From NCBI GenBank assembly GCA_030704615.1, contig CM060733.1, positions 32,612,001 through 32,676,000 of the forward strand: 64,000 nt of DNA, given 5' to 3'. A program made the translations under genes and the position numbers. This DNA is from Takakia lepidozioides (taxonomy: Eukaryota; Plantae; Bryophyta). The notes below the pieces were generated by a model. That model ran no database searches. It was not told the origin of the DNA and saw only the letters and a list, made by a program, of their open reading frames with translations. This document shows positions 14,245 through 27,059 of the stretch, in pieces. Position 1 is the first letter of the stretch. Each line of letters starts with the position of its first letter.

Positions 14245-14696
14245 ATGGGATTAGGAATTGCTTTAGTCTCTTCTCCCCGTAGTCTTTCACCCTCTCTGTA
14301 GGCCAAAACTTTCCGTAGGTGGAGGCAAGAGTCAGTCCGGGTTTGGGCTGGGGTGTCTTGCAAGAGCGACACTGTGGAGTGTTTTTGGTGTGGGGGAGTT
14401 ACTGTTTGAATTTTTTACGTTTGGATCCCCTCCACACCTGTATGCTTGATTGTGCACCATGTTAGCTTTGTGTGGGCGCTTGTTTTCATTTGAGGTTGGT
14501 CCGGATTTGATCACCGGCCAATCCTAGAGTATGTTGTCGGTGGTGAGGTTGGAGTGATGACCAGCAAGACCACAAGTGTTTCTTCTATGGTGAGGATGGG
14601 TTGATGACCAGCAGACGAGGGTTTGTGGTGGATGCAGGTACAGGTGCAGGTTTATGTTACGAACCTAGCAGTCTAAGCCATAAGCCGCAACAGGTT
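14245..14696 (+). repeat. Probable LTR fragment of the Gypsy family, interrupted by the MULE left end at 14697
   Basis: Colinear similarity to 28155-28625 (e.g. ccggatttgatcaccgg.caatcctagagtatg.tgtcggtggtgagg.tggagtgatgaccagcaagaccac), which precedes the gag ORF. Confidence 0.65.
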
Positions 14697-15739
14697 GGGG
14701 GATGCTTCCGCGTGAGCGCGTGAGCCTAGGCGGGCTCACGCCACATCATCAGTTATTGCCACGTTGGCTGACGCCACGTCAGCCGACCTCGGCAGTGTGC
14801 CCGACGCCACGCCACGTCATGCCACGTCATTTTCATAGGCATGGCCCTATAACCGTGGACCGAACAGGCAAATGGGGGCCTATAGCCGCGGATTGCGCAT
14901 TTGACAGACAGGGAACCATGTGTGGGCAACGAGGCGAGGTGCAGAAGAGAGTTTAGGGTTTGTTGGTGAATGTTGCAGAATGATAGTGTTTGTAGAGACT
15001 GAAATGGTTGTGGATGTATTAATGTCCAGGTCATCAGTCTACAATGGTCCTTAGATGATTTAATGCCATGCTAATGTGGTATTTTACGTTGTTGTCATCA
15101 GTGTAGAATGGTTGTGGATGAGTTTATGAGGATGAAGCAGAGCCAATGTGGATGGGACACTGCTAATATGGATGAATGGGGATGAATAGTTGTGGACAAA
15201 TGTGGATGAAATATCGTGAATGGATGATAGAGTGGATGAATGTTGAGCGAGGATGTCATTCTAACATTTATGAAAACCAAGCACAACGATCGATGTCGTT
15301 TATACAAACATTAGAAAATTGTGCCTTAAATCCGTCCTGAAGCATTTGATAAGATTTAATGAATGTCTGGCATTTGGGGAAAGGTAGACAGATGACAGCA
15401 ACATAGAATAAGACAACACAGCAGATGTGAGAGCGATCTTTCATTCTACGACTTTGTCCGAGTGCTTACTGCAACATTCTGGTATGCAGCACGCTCTTCT
15501 TTAGCTGTCCTCTTTAGTGTCGACACATTGCGAGCCATTTCAGCATTACTTATTGCTTATTGCGGCCCCTGCCAATGAGGTAGAAATATGCACATGTATG
15601 TTACGAGAGTACTGCAACTTTCATGGTTTTTCATCAGGACCATTATACAACAACATTCAAAATGATTTGGCTTTCGTTTGTGCATGAGGAGGAATTCCGG
15701 GTCTTACAACATTGTGTAACAGAAATTGACAAAACGTCT

Positions 15740-16075
15740 GCCTTGTTTTCTTGTTTGATCCATAACCAATGTTAGGCATGAGGATCCCGCCTTTGAACTT
15801 GCGCTGAAACCGAGAGTCCATACACCATCCACTAGGTGCACTGTCTTCTTGTTTGAACCATAACCAATGTTACACATCAGGATGTTGCCCTTGAACTTGT
15901 GTTGAACCCGAGAGTCCATAAATCATCCCCTAGGTGCCTTGTATTTTTGTTTGACCCATAACCAATGTTAAGGCATCAGGAGGCTGCCTTTGAACTTGCG
16001 TCAACCGGACCCGAGAGTCAATACATACATCATCCCCTAGGTGCCTTGTCTTCTTGTTTGACCCATAACCAACCA
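15740..16075. repeat. ~100-110-bp tandem repeat (3+ units) inside MULE copy A
   Basis: ttgtttga.ccataaccaatgtta...ttgaacttg...ccgagagtc.ata...ctaggtgc repeated. Confidence 0.85.
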
Positions 16076-16302
16076 TTTGCTGTACATTACAATCAAAGCC
16101 TACAAGCTAGGATATAACTATCCACTGTATGAAGTGCATAGAAGCCACTGTTGTAAATGCATACACGGCACGAAAATGAGAAACCATCTTTTAACGACAT
16201 TACAACGAACAGACACAATTTTTATTACAAAGTTATGGAGGGACACAAAATGTCTGAAACTGTGAACATCTCGAGACCCCCCAAAATGATGAAACTTACA
16301 TT

Positions 16303-19300
16303 TCAGTCACTAGAACTATCCCCTGAAACTTGTGCAGTATCGTCGACGTAAACCCGAGCTCTGAGGTGCCTGTTGTGCTTTCGAGCACATGGGAAAGATA
16401 ACATGAAACTCTGTTGACGAGCAATGGCCTCCGCGTAGTCGGGTAGGATGTATGAACGTGGAGGGCTGTACCACAAGTCATTGTGAATAAAAGAGACGTC
16501 GACCAAAGGAATAGCTTCCAATATCCTGCCACCCAAAGATCCACAATTGCATTAGCCACCATTAGTGGGAAAGGGGGGGCCGTTTTCACGGGAGAAATCG
16601 GATGCTTACAGAAAAACAACTTACTCACATGCGAAATCGTCGTCCAAGACTTTGTCGTCCCCTTCATTGATTTCCACATGCACTATACCCTCATGTTGTT
16701 GGGCGGCAGGTGCCGGCGTTGGCGCTTCCAAGTTATGGAGGAGGTCATTGAAAATGTTCGCATCCCCTTCCATACCAAACAAATGCCTGCCCGCTGCCTT
16801 GCAAGCATGGTACGAAGCTCCTGCAGGACAGAGTTCTCTCAGGACACATATAAACAAATTTTGCACCAAGAAGAAAACACCGCAGCAGGTTGGGGGTGAA
16901 ACCTGTGCCAAGAGTGAGGTCCACGATACGCGCCCCCGGATAGGAACAAGTCTCCACAATTGTTTGAATAAATGTTGGGCTCTGCTCCTTGGCCCCTCTC
17001 CATGGTGTGGAGTTGGCTTTCGCAAGCACACATTGGAATCCACGTAATTGTAGTGCATGTCGTCCACCACTGGATCGAACTTATCGTTGATGAAAGAACC
17101 TCCCCCATGAAGCCTGAACTCCTTCACTGCTGTGGGAGTTGAAGCAGGGTGCACTCTGACGAGGCAGACGGCCTCAAAGAGACGGGTCTACACACAAGAC
17201 AACATGAAGCACATATTAATGAATCCAAAAAAATTCATCTGGAAAGAACAGTGCTTGAAACCTCTAAAAATGAGTGCGTTGACGCACTCATTTCCGCAGG
17301 GGTGAAATGGAACTTCAAATGAAGTAGGCAAGAGAAAGTCGATTACTATTTGTCCGGGACAGTCGCCCTTTGTCAAGTACAGGCTGTTCACACCATTCCA
17401 CGTTTTGATGATTTTCATCCCCGAGGCCTTGAGATAGCTTGCAAGCTCCCGTCGACATTTCGTATTGACCGACTAGATCATTACAAGAACCCCTACATCC
17501 GATAAAAAAAAATTGCAAAATGAAAAGACCCAAAGCCAGTACCTCTCATCAAATGCATTCCATGTTGGGCAAGTGCATGTGGGTAGAATGTCCGATACTG
17601 GCAGCCCATCCGGAATGTCCACAATCACCATGTCGGCACAACATGGTTTCAGAGAACCATTGACCCAACACTGCCCTTTCGAAACCTGAAAACAGACAGA
17701 CGACAAAAATTAAATAACTATCCAAAAGGGAAAACAGTAAAGGAGACAAACAGTGGGAATTGTCTTACCGAGTTAAGGAATGCACACAACTTGCCCCAAG
17801 TTCGAGAGGGTTCTCCAGTGTAACCAAATTTTCTGCTTTCCATCATGGCAAGGAATGAATCATTGACAATCTCGCATTTACATTCTCGCTGGATTCTGGA
17901 TGGGTGCTCCACTGCATCGTATGGCTCAATCCTCCTCTTACGTTTTCGTTCCTTGTTTGCAATTGGGGTCTGCGCTACCTCACCCCCCGCAGTCTCCCCT
18001 TGGATGGCTTTCTCCTTCCCTTTGTCCTTTGTACCCTTTCCCTTTCCCTTCCCTCTCGCATGAGTTTTGTTGGCTGCGGGTTCCTTCTCAGCGAGGTTTC
18101 GCAGATTCCTCTCATGCAATTCCTTGTCAGTAAGAGGGGCCAAAGACTCCGCATTGTTGTTCTGGTTCCGTGTCTGGAACTTATACCAGGGGCAATCTGA
18201 TTTCGAAATGTCTAGATACCAGCAGCAGTCTTTCAGGTGATATCTCCCATAGTCTCTAAAGATGGCTGCCGTGTACATGGTCTGACTGTTAGAGGGGTCA
18301 GACCACAAGTCGATGAAGGCAGGGTACTTACTGAGGTTTTTTCCCGGAATGAGCACGTTCTTGATATACCTACAAAATAAAAGAGGTACACTTTTAGACA
18401 TTGAAGGCAAAAAAGCATATATTGCGGCCCTCCCAAAATGTGTGCGTCGACGCACATAGTTTGGGGTGCACAAATACTTGAGCATGAGGCAACCAAAATA
18501 CACGCACAAGTACCATATGCAAGAATAGGAGAAAACAAAGGGTTCCATATGCAAAAAGATATCCCCTTCTCGGCAGACAGATATTCCATTTAGAACTGCC
18601 AACGAAACATTGAAATCCATGATGGAGGAGAGAGCACATCTGAGTTTGTGGCCCTCTAAAATTGCGTGCATTGGCGCACACAATTTTTCATGGCCACAAA
18701 CTGCCTGTCTACTGATTGCCAAAGATAGTTTTCAAACATAAAACAAAATTAACGAACCTGTATACGACCCTCTTCATGGCTCCCTCCGCCCCTCCATCTC
18801 GGGAAAACTCTCTGAAGAAGCAGTTGCTCCAAGCTGTGGCCTTCCACTACCTCAAGTAATCCTCCAGAGTGTCCTCGGGCACGGTCATGGTAATTTTGTA
18901 GTCATAAAGTTGTTTCTCCAGCACCTTGTTTGCACGAGCTTCAATCTGCAGGTATTCATATGCATGGGTTAGAGTCCATTCATGGGAAGATATTCTCAAA
19001 AATTTCAAGCACAGAAAGTCCTGAAAAGTATCTGGCTCCAGTAGGTGGCTTTGTGCAACCATGTATCAAGAACTTGGTTGCTGAAGGGTTTGATGTGCCC
19101 GGTGTTTTCATCTCTTTCACCCCTAGGGAAACAAAATGTATCCTTGACAGTTGGGTCAGAATTCCAAATCTCCAACCATTTCACTTTCTGGTCAGCTTCC
19201 ACAGCTGCAGTTGACAACTGGTGAAGCTTTTCCTGTGTCATCTCCGGTTTGGTGTTATTGTTCCAGTGGATCCTCACCTGGTTAAGAAACTCGGGACCAA

Positions 19301-20236
19301 AATCAGGGTCAACTATTCTCAGCTGTTTCACGAAAGCGCTCATGAGCTTCTTCTGTATCTCATTCATCGTAAACTTCATGGCTTCCGCCACTCCCTTGGA
19401 CGTCCTCAGACCCTCCGGGTTTTTCAAATAGTACTCCGCTTTTCCTCTCTCTCCAGCTTCAGCTATTTCTTGCTGCAAAACGTAATCCGGAATGAGATCA
19501 CTTGTTACTGACAATATCACAACAGACAATGGAAGGCCAGAGCGATGGAATACTTACAGTGTACATGTACTCCATGAATGCTTCCCTCGTCAGCTTGTAC
19601 CAGGTCCCTGACGTTTTCGATGTCAAACATTTCTTGAATGACTCCGCACTCAAGATGCTCTTGAATGAATTGAGGGGCATCTAGCCGATATTCTGGATCT
19701 TGAATAGTGTGTGAAGAAGGTTTGTTGTCACATGGGCGGTTTCAGTTCCCCTGTCACATACAGTGGTGTGTCGTCAGTGAGTGCTAAAAGCAAACAGACA
19801 ATGAAGGAAAAAATGCGGACAATAACAGGTGAAGAAGACACTTACTTGTTAACGTCGTCCATTGCCGTCAACAATGCAGTGGTGTTTCCCTTGGGATCCA
19901 GCACCATTGAGGCCACAGAGTAGTGCCACTCCTCCTCGGTGCTATGATATCTCTCGATCATGTTCCTCTAGGCAAGCAATCGGTGGTTGTCATCCCAGAC
20001 ATGAAACATCTTGCCAGAGAAAGGCTGGGTGATGAGCCTCTTGCAAATGATAGATTCAAACTCCTCGTTTATCTGTCGCCAGATAGGATCCCAGCCTCCA
20101 ACAATGGATTCGTCCACCAACACCTCTCTGCCAGCGGAGTCTGCCAATGAGACGTAAAAAACAGATTGACCCTCTATGTACCCATGGCAAAAATCCTGTT
20201 CCAACTTTTGAATGTCGTTTGTCAGAGTTGGTCAAA
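16303..20236 (-). pseudogene. Spliced ParB/Srx-like + beta-class N4C/N6A methyltransferase-like fusion gene, copy A (5'-truncated, several stops/frameshifts)
   Basis: FHVWDDNHRLLA (~19980-19997). ADMVIVDIPDG (17605-17619) at the motif IV position. LSDVGVLVMI. KEQSPTFIQTIVETCSYPGARIVDLTLGTG|ASYHACKAAGRHLFGMEGD is motif X-I-II-like, with intron 16821-16902. GT-AG introns match the copy at 42614-46724. Confidence 0.8.
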
Positions 20237-20402
20237 CCCTGGGGGGTGCACTCCTCATTAAATGTACCAGCCAGGTGCGTGCACAGGAGGGGGTATTTTA
20301 AACCCCCCCATGTACAACATTATATATACAGAGGGGGGTTTAAAACACCTTAAATATAATATTACAGGAGGGGGTTGTTGAGTTTTCAGGGGTAGTGTAG
20401 TG
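20237..20402. mobile_element. Terminus of an unclassified element starting CCCTGGGGGGTGCACTC
   Basis: 17 identical nt, and ~45 similar nt, shared with 41191 onward. Truncates the ParB domain. Right boundary uncertain. Confidence 0.6.
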
Positions 20403-21259
20403 GTAAGAACGACGATTAGGCTGCATGGCACCGCGGGATCAATTCCCTCTCCTCCTCTCATCTCCTCTCCCGCGTTCGCCTTCCCTTCCCCGAAGATGGC
20501 TGAACAAGATGTGGTGTCGTGCAAGCCTGGCAGCCCTAGAGAAGGGCAAAGAGGTGCATGGGGATATCGTCAAAGCTGGAATTGTACCAAATGTCATTCT
20601 AAACACTGCCCTGGCAGCTCTGGAATAGGGGAAAGAGGTCCATGGCGACATCTTCAGAAATGGAATTGTACCAGCTGTCATTCTGAACAATACCCTAGTG
20701 GACATGTTTGCAAAATGTGGGTGCATCTTGGCGAACAGCCGTGCAAGGATCTGTTCTTGATGTAAGTGAAGAGGGTCGCTCTCAGATGGGAGTGTACACC
20801 GGAAATGTATCAGAAAATGTTTAGTCTTCAGGCTTCCCGCACGTCGGGCATTGACAGGCTACCTCTCATCCCTGCATCTGTTTGTTTGTTCAAATGTACA
20901 CTCCCCGACCTGCATTTCAATTTCAGTCTATTGCCAAGAGTAGAGAGAGCGAAATGTACTCATACGACGTTTGCCATTGCATTGTGGCCATTTACCCAGT
21001 CCGTGCCCAGTTTGGGCGGAACAGGGAGAGGTGTGTGTGAGGGAGAAAATATTCATGATAGCCTTGTGGCCATAGACCCTGCACCCAGATTGGGCAGAAC
21101 AAAGAGGAGGAGAGAGAGTGTCATGACACTGGTTGCTAAAACCTTGCCAGCCCTAGACCCCGCCCCAAAGCAGAAGATGGACATGGCGAGGAGGAAACAA
21201 CAAGTAGGACTGCGAAACCACTTCAATCCATGCCCCATCAAAGGGACCTATCTTCATTT

Positions 21260-22120
21260 ACAAAGTCAAAGGGAGTGTTCGACACTATGGCTGAACGAGG
21301 TGTGGTGTCGTGGAGTGCGGTGCTTGCAGGGTATGCACAACAGGGACGTGGGATGGAGGCTTTGGAGACCTATGAGCAAATGATGTGCGACGGGGTGAAG
21401 CCCGACCACATCACGTTTGTGTGCATTTGCAGTGCGTGTGCAAGCCTGGAAGCCCTGGAAAAGGGCGAAGAGGTGCATGTCAACATCGTCAGAGCTGGAA
21501 TTGTACCAAATGTGATCCTGAACACTGCCCTGGTGGACATGTATGCCAAATGTGGGTGCATGGAGGATGCAAAGGGAGTGTTCGACAATATGGCTGAATG
21601 AGATGTGGCGTCGTGGAATGTAATGATCGCAGGATATGCACAACATGGTTGTCATAGGGAGGTCCTACAACTAGAACGGCTTGAAGCAGTTTGTGTTCTC
21701 TCTGCATGCAGCCACACTGGCCTTCTGAATAAAGGAAGACGCAACTTCGATTCCCTCATTCAAGATCATGGTGTCACTCCGACAGTATAGCACTTTGGCT
21801 GCATGGTGGACCTTCTTGGACGTGCGGGACAACTGGATGAGGCAGTGGACCTGAACGTGCGGCAACATCTATCCTCAAGTGGAATGAACAGGATGCCGCG
21901 ACTTATGTTGCTATCAAACATCTATGCTGTAGCTGGCACGTGGGTTGATACTATAAAGGTGAGAAGAATGATGAAGGTCAGAGGGGTTGAAAAGGAGCCA
22001 GGTCGCTGCTGCATTGAGGTTTGCAACAGGGTGCACACCTTCGTTGTAGATGACAAGTTGCATCCCAGAATTAAGGAAATCCATGCTGAGCTGAGAAGAT
22101 TGTCTGGGAAGATGAAGGTG
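21260..22120 (+). pseudogene. PLS-class PPR pseudogene with E/E+ domains
   Basis: VVSWSAVLAGYAQQG, VKPDHITFVCICSAC, LVDMYAKCG, MVDLLGRAG, LLSNIYA and KEPGRCCIEV. Internal stops and deletions. Further PPR pieces at 20495-20730 (+), 22520-22780 (+) and 23135-23510 (-). Confidence 0.9.
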
Positions 22121-22149
22121 ATTTGCCAGGAGCCGTTTTCTAGATTACC

Positions 22150-23130
22150 TATGATTACCTACAAGAAACCTACATGGATAGATGGTCAAGTGGAAGCTGC
22201 AACAGCAACGGCACAATTGATAAAATCAAGCGTTGCTAATGAAGGCACCTTCTTCAACACATTTCACCCTGTTTTTCCCTCTTATCAGAATCGGCCCTAA
22301 ATATCCATATTGAATTCTGCAAGTTAGCTGGTTGAGCGAATCTTTGATAGTTTGGAGTGACTTTGACATGATACTCCCAACTAACAACAGGAAAGTATCC
22401 TAAAAGAGGGGTAACAGAGATGAGGAGAAGCTATGGGATGAATACTTTTCTGACCCCAGTCAATGGTGGGACAACCAAGGCAAAAAGGTGAATGCAAAAA
22501 GGTGAATGCCTGTCAGATTACCTGTCATTCTGAACACTATGGCTGAACGAGATGTGGTGTCGTGGATTGTGATGTTTGCAAGGTATGCACAACAGGGGTG
22601 CGGGATGGAGGCTTTGGAGACCTATGAGCAAATGATGGGGGAATGGGTGAAACCGCCCACATAACGTTTGTGTGCGTTTGCAGTGCGTCTGGCAGCCCTG
22701 GAAAAGGGCAAAGAGATCCTTGGTGACATCATCAAATCTGTAATTGTACCAGATGTCATCCTGAACATTACTCTGGTGCAACTGTGCCGCTGCAGCTGCT
22801 GCCTTTAGTTGACCATCTACCCATGCAGGTTTCTTGTAGCTACTGACCCCCACATGGAATCAAGGTAATCTGGAGCTTGAAGTCTAGCCCTCTTGGATGA
22901 ATTTGGACCCACACTCTATCCATGCTCATTCAGGAAAAAACAGGGATAACAGGGAAAAACAGGCTGAAATGTGTTGAAGAAGGTACCTTCATTAGCAGCG
23001 CCTTGTTCTATCAAATGCACTGATGCCGCTGCTGTTTCCAGTTGACCATCTACCCACGCAGCTTTCTTGTAGCTATTGATCCGCAGGGAATCAGAAGTAA
23101 TCTTGTGTTTAAAATCGACCTCTTGGATGA
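22150..23130. pseudogene. Fragments of an OSB-type (organellar ssDNA-binding) PDF motif interleaved with PPR fragments
   Basis: EEKLWDEYFSDPSQWWDNQGKKVN (~22420-22495, +) and repeated YKKP(T/A)W(I/V)DGQ(L/V) pieces on both strands. Confidence 0.55.
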
Positions 23131-23509
23131 ATCGTGTTCCTCGACACCACCTCGTTCAGCCATAGTGTTGAACACTCCCTCCGCATCCTCAATGCTCCCA
23201 CAATGGCATACATGTCCACAAAGGGTATTATTCATAATCACATCCGGTACAATTCCAGTTTTGGTGATGCAACCATGCACCTCTTTGCCCTTTTCCATGG
23301 CTGCAGGCTTGCACACGCACTGCAAAGCACACAAACATGATGTGGTCGAGCTTCACCCCTTCCCCCATCATCTGCTTTCAAGTCTCCAAAGCCCCATCTT
23401 GCGCTCCTGCTCTGCACACCCTGAAAGCATCGCGTTCCACGACACCACATCTCATTCAGCCATAGTGTTGAATACTCCCTTGGCATCCTCAATGCTCCCA
23501 CATTTGGCA

Positions 23510-25295
23510 GACGTGATGTCCTATGATGTGCTTGTTGGTGGGGCTGTGTTGTACCCCATGGGATATACTCTGGACTTTTGGGAGGAAACGACATCCTACA
23601 GGCCGGAGTGGTAGTCAGGAGATGGCCAACGTGCATTGGTCCTAGTGCGGTTTATTGGGAATGTAGCGGTGGATCATAGGAACATGATGCCCACATTGGC
23701 TGCATTCTCAGATTGAGTATCTAGGCCACATGATATACCCTGGAGGATTGGGTGTTCAACAGACAAAGGTGGAGGCCATTGCATGCATTCCACGTCCCAT
23801 GGATGTAAGCAGAGTTCATGCTTTCATGGGATTGACAAATTACTACCGATGGTTTGTCAAGAGATTTAGTAGCATAGCAAAGGCTCTTACCAAGTTGACC
23901 AAGGTGGGTCAGGAGTGGTAGTGGGAGGAGGAGCAGGAGGAAGCCTTTGAGGAACTCAAGGCTCCATTGACTTCTGCACAATGGCTTTAGCTCTCATGAC
24001 TGAACCGTCTGTAGGATGATCCGGCTGCAATCGAATGAAGAGCTCATGGCGTGGGATACCTCGCGTCTTCTCTGAACCACCCAAAGTTGTTTGAATTTGG
24101 AAAGGGCAAGACTCCAAATCCGCCTCTGTGAGGCCAAATTTGCAACTGCTGCTCTCCCCAACATCAATGGTTGTGCTCCCGAATCCAACAAGACTCGCAG
24201 TGGCCTATACCTCCTCCCGGCTGGGCCACTCAACTGAAACACTCCATCCTGATTGTCCACTAGAAGTTACTACTCCAGGAGTCACCATGCTACGCTCAAT
24301 GGCTGGCCTAGTTGGTAATTCGTGCAACCTTGCAGGTGCCGCTTGCCATGGCGCGGCTGTGGCTGACTTTATCCTCGAATCCAAGGCATCCATAGACTGC
24401 ACCTCATCTGCTATCCCCGCAGGTAGTGCTGATGCATCACCACTCTCACAGAGTCTAGCTGCTAGTCTGAACACAACAGCTGGCCGAATCCCCGGCATTG
24501 CAATTGTCATTGCAAAAAATAATTGCAGTAAATTGCAGAAAATTGCCGTAGCCACCCCCAATAATGTACTGGCTACACCTTGCTCTGTAGCACTACCCAC
24601 AGTTGCATTTCCCGAGCCAAACCAACTCTCCCCAATGGTACTCGTGGCTCTACCTCTGACACACTTGGACAAGCGGGTGCCATTGATGGCGTAGGTGACA
24701 CTGTCTCAGCCAATGTAAAGGACTGTGGAAGCCTTGTTTGACGACTTGCTTCCCCCCTTTGTGGATCAAAATCCACATCCGCTCCTCTTGGCTGAGGAGC
24801 ACGCGTTGTTGTTCGAGTGACAGCAGCAGCAGAGTCCAATACATGCAATGGCCCTACAAGTGTGGCTCCGCACATGAAGCCCATACCAATCTGGTCTTCC
24901 CTAGGCATAGGAGGTTGTGCAGGTGGGGCTTGAACCTCAGGCCTTGGAGCTAGCGCAACATGAGTAGTGACCATGGCAGTAAGACGTTGCTCTAGCTGGG
25001 CAAGTCTATCCACCATGCCTTGGTCATGACCTTGACCCTGACCCTGACCCTATGCTCCTTAGTTTTGGTTACGACCTCCACCACGACCTCTGCCTCCTCT
25101 ACCTCTCTGGACTACATTGCCTCGTCCTTGGCCACCATTGTTCCCTTGGAACTGGCCTGGCCGTAGCTCAGGATGCAAGTCATAACAATGGGCCTCCTCA
25201 TGCCCATACTTGCCACAATGCCCACACTGTAATTGTGTAGGTTGTGCCTATGTTGGCCCTTTGCCTCTCTCCGGGCAATCCTTCTTGACATGGGG
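23510..25295. mobile_element. Rearranged Ty3/Gypsy fragments: protease end and RT-connection (+, 23510-23980); gag-protease (-, 23995-25295)
   Basis: YDVLVGGAVLYPMG, AFMGLTNYYRWFVKRFSSIAKALTKLT and RVLLDSGAQPL. Paralogous to 28673-31548. Confidence 0.85.
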
Positions 25296-26109
25296 TTGTC
25301 AAGTTAAATAAGCACAGTGTGAAAGCAACTAGAATAAAGCTAGTTATTTGTATTTAACACTTGGATTTAGGTCAAGTGTTAAATCAGGTGTCAAGTTTAG
25401 TTTGACACTTGAACCGCCTTATCTTCACGAGAGCGGCAGTCGCGTAGCTCATCTCTCTCGAGTTGAGCCTGCGCGACCGAGCTCCTGCATCGTTTAGGAC
25501 TGAGTGTGCTTATGATGGGAGTATAGGTTGTTGTGGGGTGGAGTCCCCATAGCTTGGGGTGCCCCTGGCTCGACTTCTGTTTTAACGAGTGATAGCGATG
25601 GATTTCATGTTGTTTCTGGTGTGAACAGTGTGTCTCTTAGCTTGTTTATCACTCGAGAGAGATGAGGCTTGCATCTGTGAGTGCCAGAGGTGGGGCGAGA
25701 CGATGCCATCTGTTTGTTTTTTTTTTATGATTTGAGCCTATGAGGAGAAGGCAAGTGAAGCTGTCAGCAACGTCCAAGGCGCTGTTTCAAGAGGCACAGG
25801 AGGCCAGTGGGCTTGTTGGGGGAGAAGGATTATGTGGGCTGTGCATAAGGGGTACTAGTTGGGCAGCAGTGAAAGTACCGTAGTAGATGGTATAAATGTT
25901 AAGAGTTCCATTTGTCCCTACAAGAACGGGCCCATCGTGATAAGGCACAATGATGGGGGTTGGGTTTACAAGGAACTTAGAACTCCCTATAGCTGTCGCA
26001 GTGGTCGGATGAATTGTGCTAAGAGTGCGAAGCCAGACAACGGGCTTTTAACCTTCGAGACTCCTCACAGTGGCGTTGAGCTCACTCAGACTGAAGTCGG
26101 CGTGGAGAG

Positions 26110-26430
26110 CAAACCCACATGGAAATGTAGGTTGGTGATCTCCTATGATGGCACCAATTACTCAGGGTGGCAACTGTAGCCAAGGGCAAACGGTGTGATA
26201 GTGCAGTACTTGGTAGAGGATGCACTGGCCAAGGTGACCAGATGCACACGTGATCAGCTGCTTCTTTGCGCTGCAGGCCGCACAGATGTTGGTGTTCATG
26301 CCTGGGGTCAGGTGGCTCATTTTGTGACTCCATATTGCTTTGACCAGTTACAATTCTTGCATACATCCCTGAATGGCATTCTGCCCTATGACATTCGAGT
26401 ACAAGGGGTGTCCACAGTGAGGGCAATGGC
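26110..26430 (+). pseudogene. tRNA pseudouridine synthase A (TruA) fragment
   Basis: CRLVISYDGTNYSGWQ* ... AAGRTDVGVHAWGQVAHF ... [11 protein letters not shown], with an in-frame stop at 26177-26179. Confidence 0.85.
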
Positions 26431-26499
26431 CTTAAAACCTGCACGCTCTCCTCGGCGTACCAATTGTGCAACCACATTTCTGCCCTTGTATACGTAAAG

Positions 26500-26642
26500 C
26501 TAGAAGAAGCGGATGCCAGGACCTACTGCTGCAACCTCTTCAACACTGTTGGTTGCCCAGGATGACAAGGTCATGACTGTGCCAGCAGCAGATACTGCTC
26601 TTGCAGTGGCCAGCTCACCGTCAGGGTGAGCCATCCTCTGCA
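26500..26642 (-). pseudogene. Glycolate oxidase (FMN alpha-hydroxy acid oxidase) exon fragment
   Basis: [46 protein letters not shown]. Confidence 0.85.
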
Positions 26643-27059
26643 CGACAAGACTTGTCGAGCCTGGTTGCAAGGCTGACAGACCATCGGAAGATTCACCTAA
26701 TGAGGACGATGTTATTTCTGACCGAAGCAAGTTAGAGAAAGACATTGACGGATCAAGAGAAGACAACCGTGAGACAGGCTGCGAAGCTAAAGCTGGAGGA
26801 GAGGAGAAAGCTGCGGAATCGGAGACCAAAGGGGGTGTCCGTACCATTTGACTAATATTAGGGGAAGCAAAAGTAAAGGTGAAGACCGCAAGGAGAGTAC
26901 GAGGCTGCAGGCCGTGTCAAGAGAGAAAGGGCGGACAATGCCGTGTAATCTTCCTGCGAGACAGAGGGGGTGCAATGACGAAAGACTTTCAGAAAAAGGA
27001 GACCAACTAGAATTTGATGCTGAGTCCAAAAAAGAGATGGTGGCAACATCAGACTCAAG

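Larger units (their letters stand above)
14697..20236. mobile_element. Truncated MULE copy A: left terminus plus ParB-methyltransferase cargo gene
   Basis: Starts GGGGGATGCTTCCGCGTGAGC with CGTGAGC/GCTCACG motifs like the left end at 42100. Same cargo gene in the same orientation as in 42100-53336. Confidence 0.8.
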
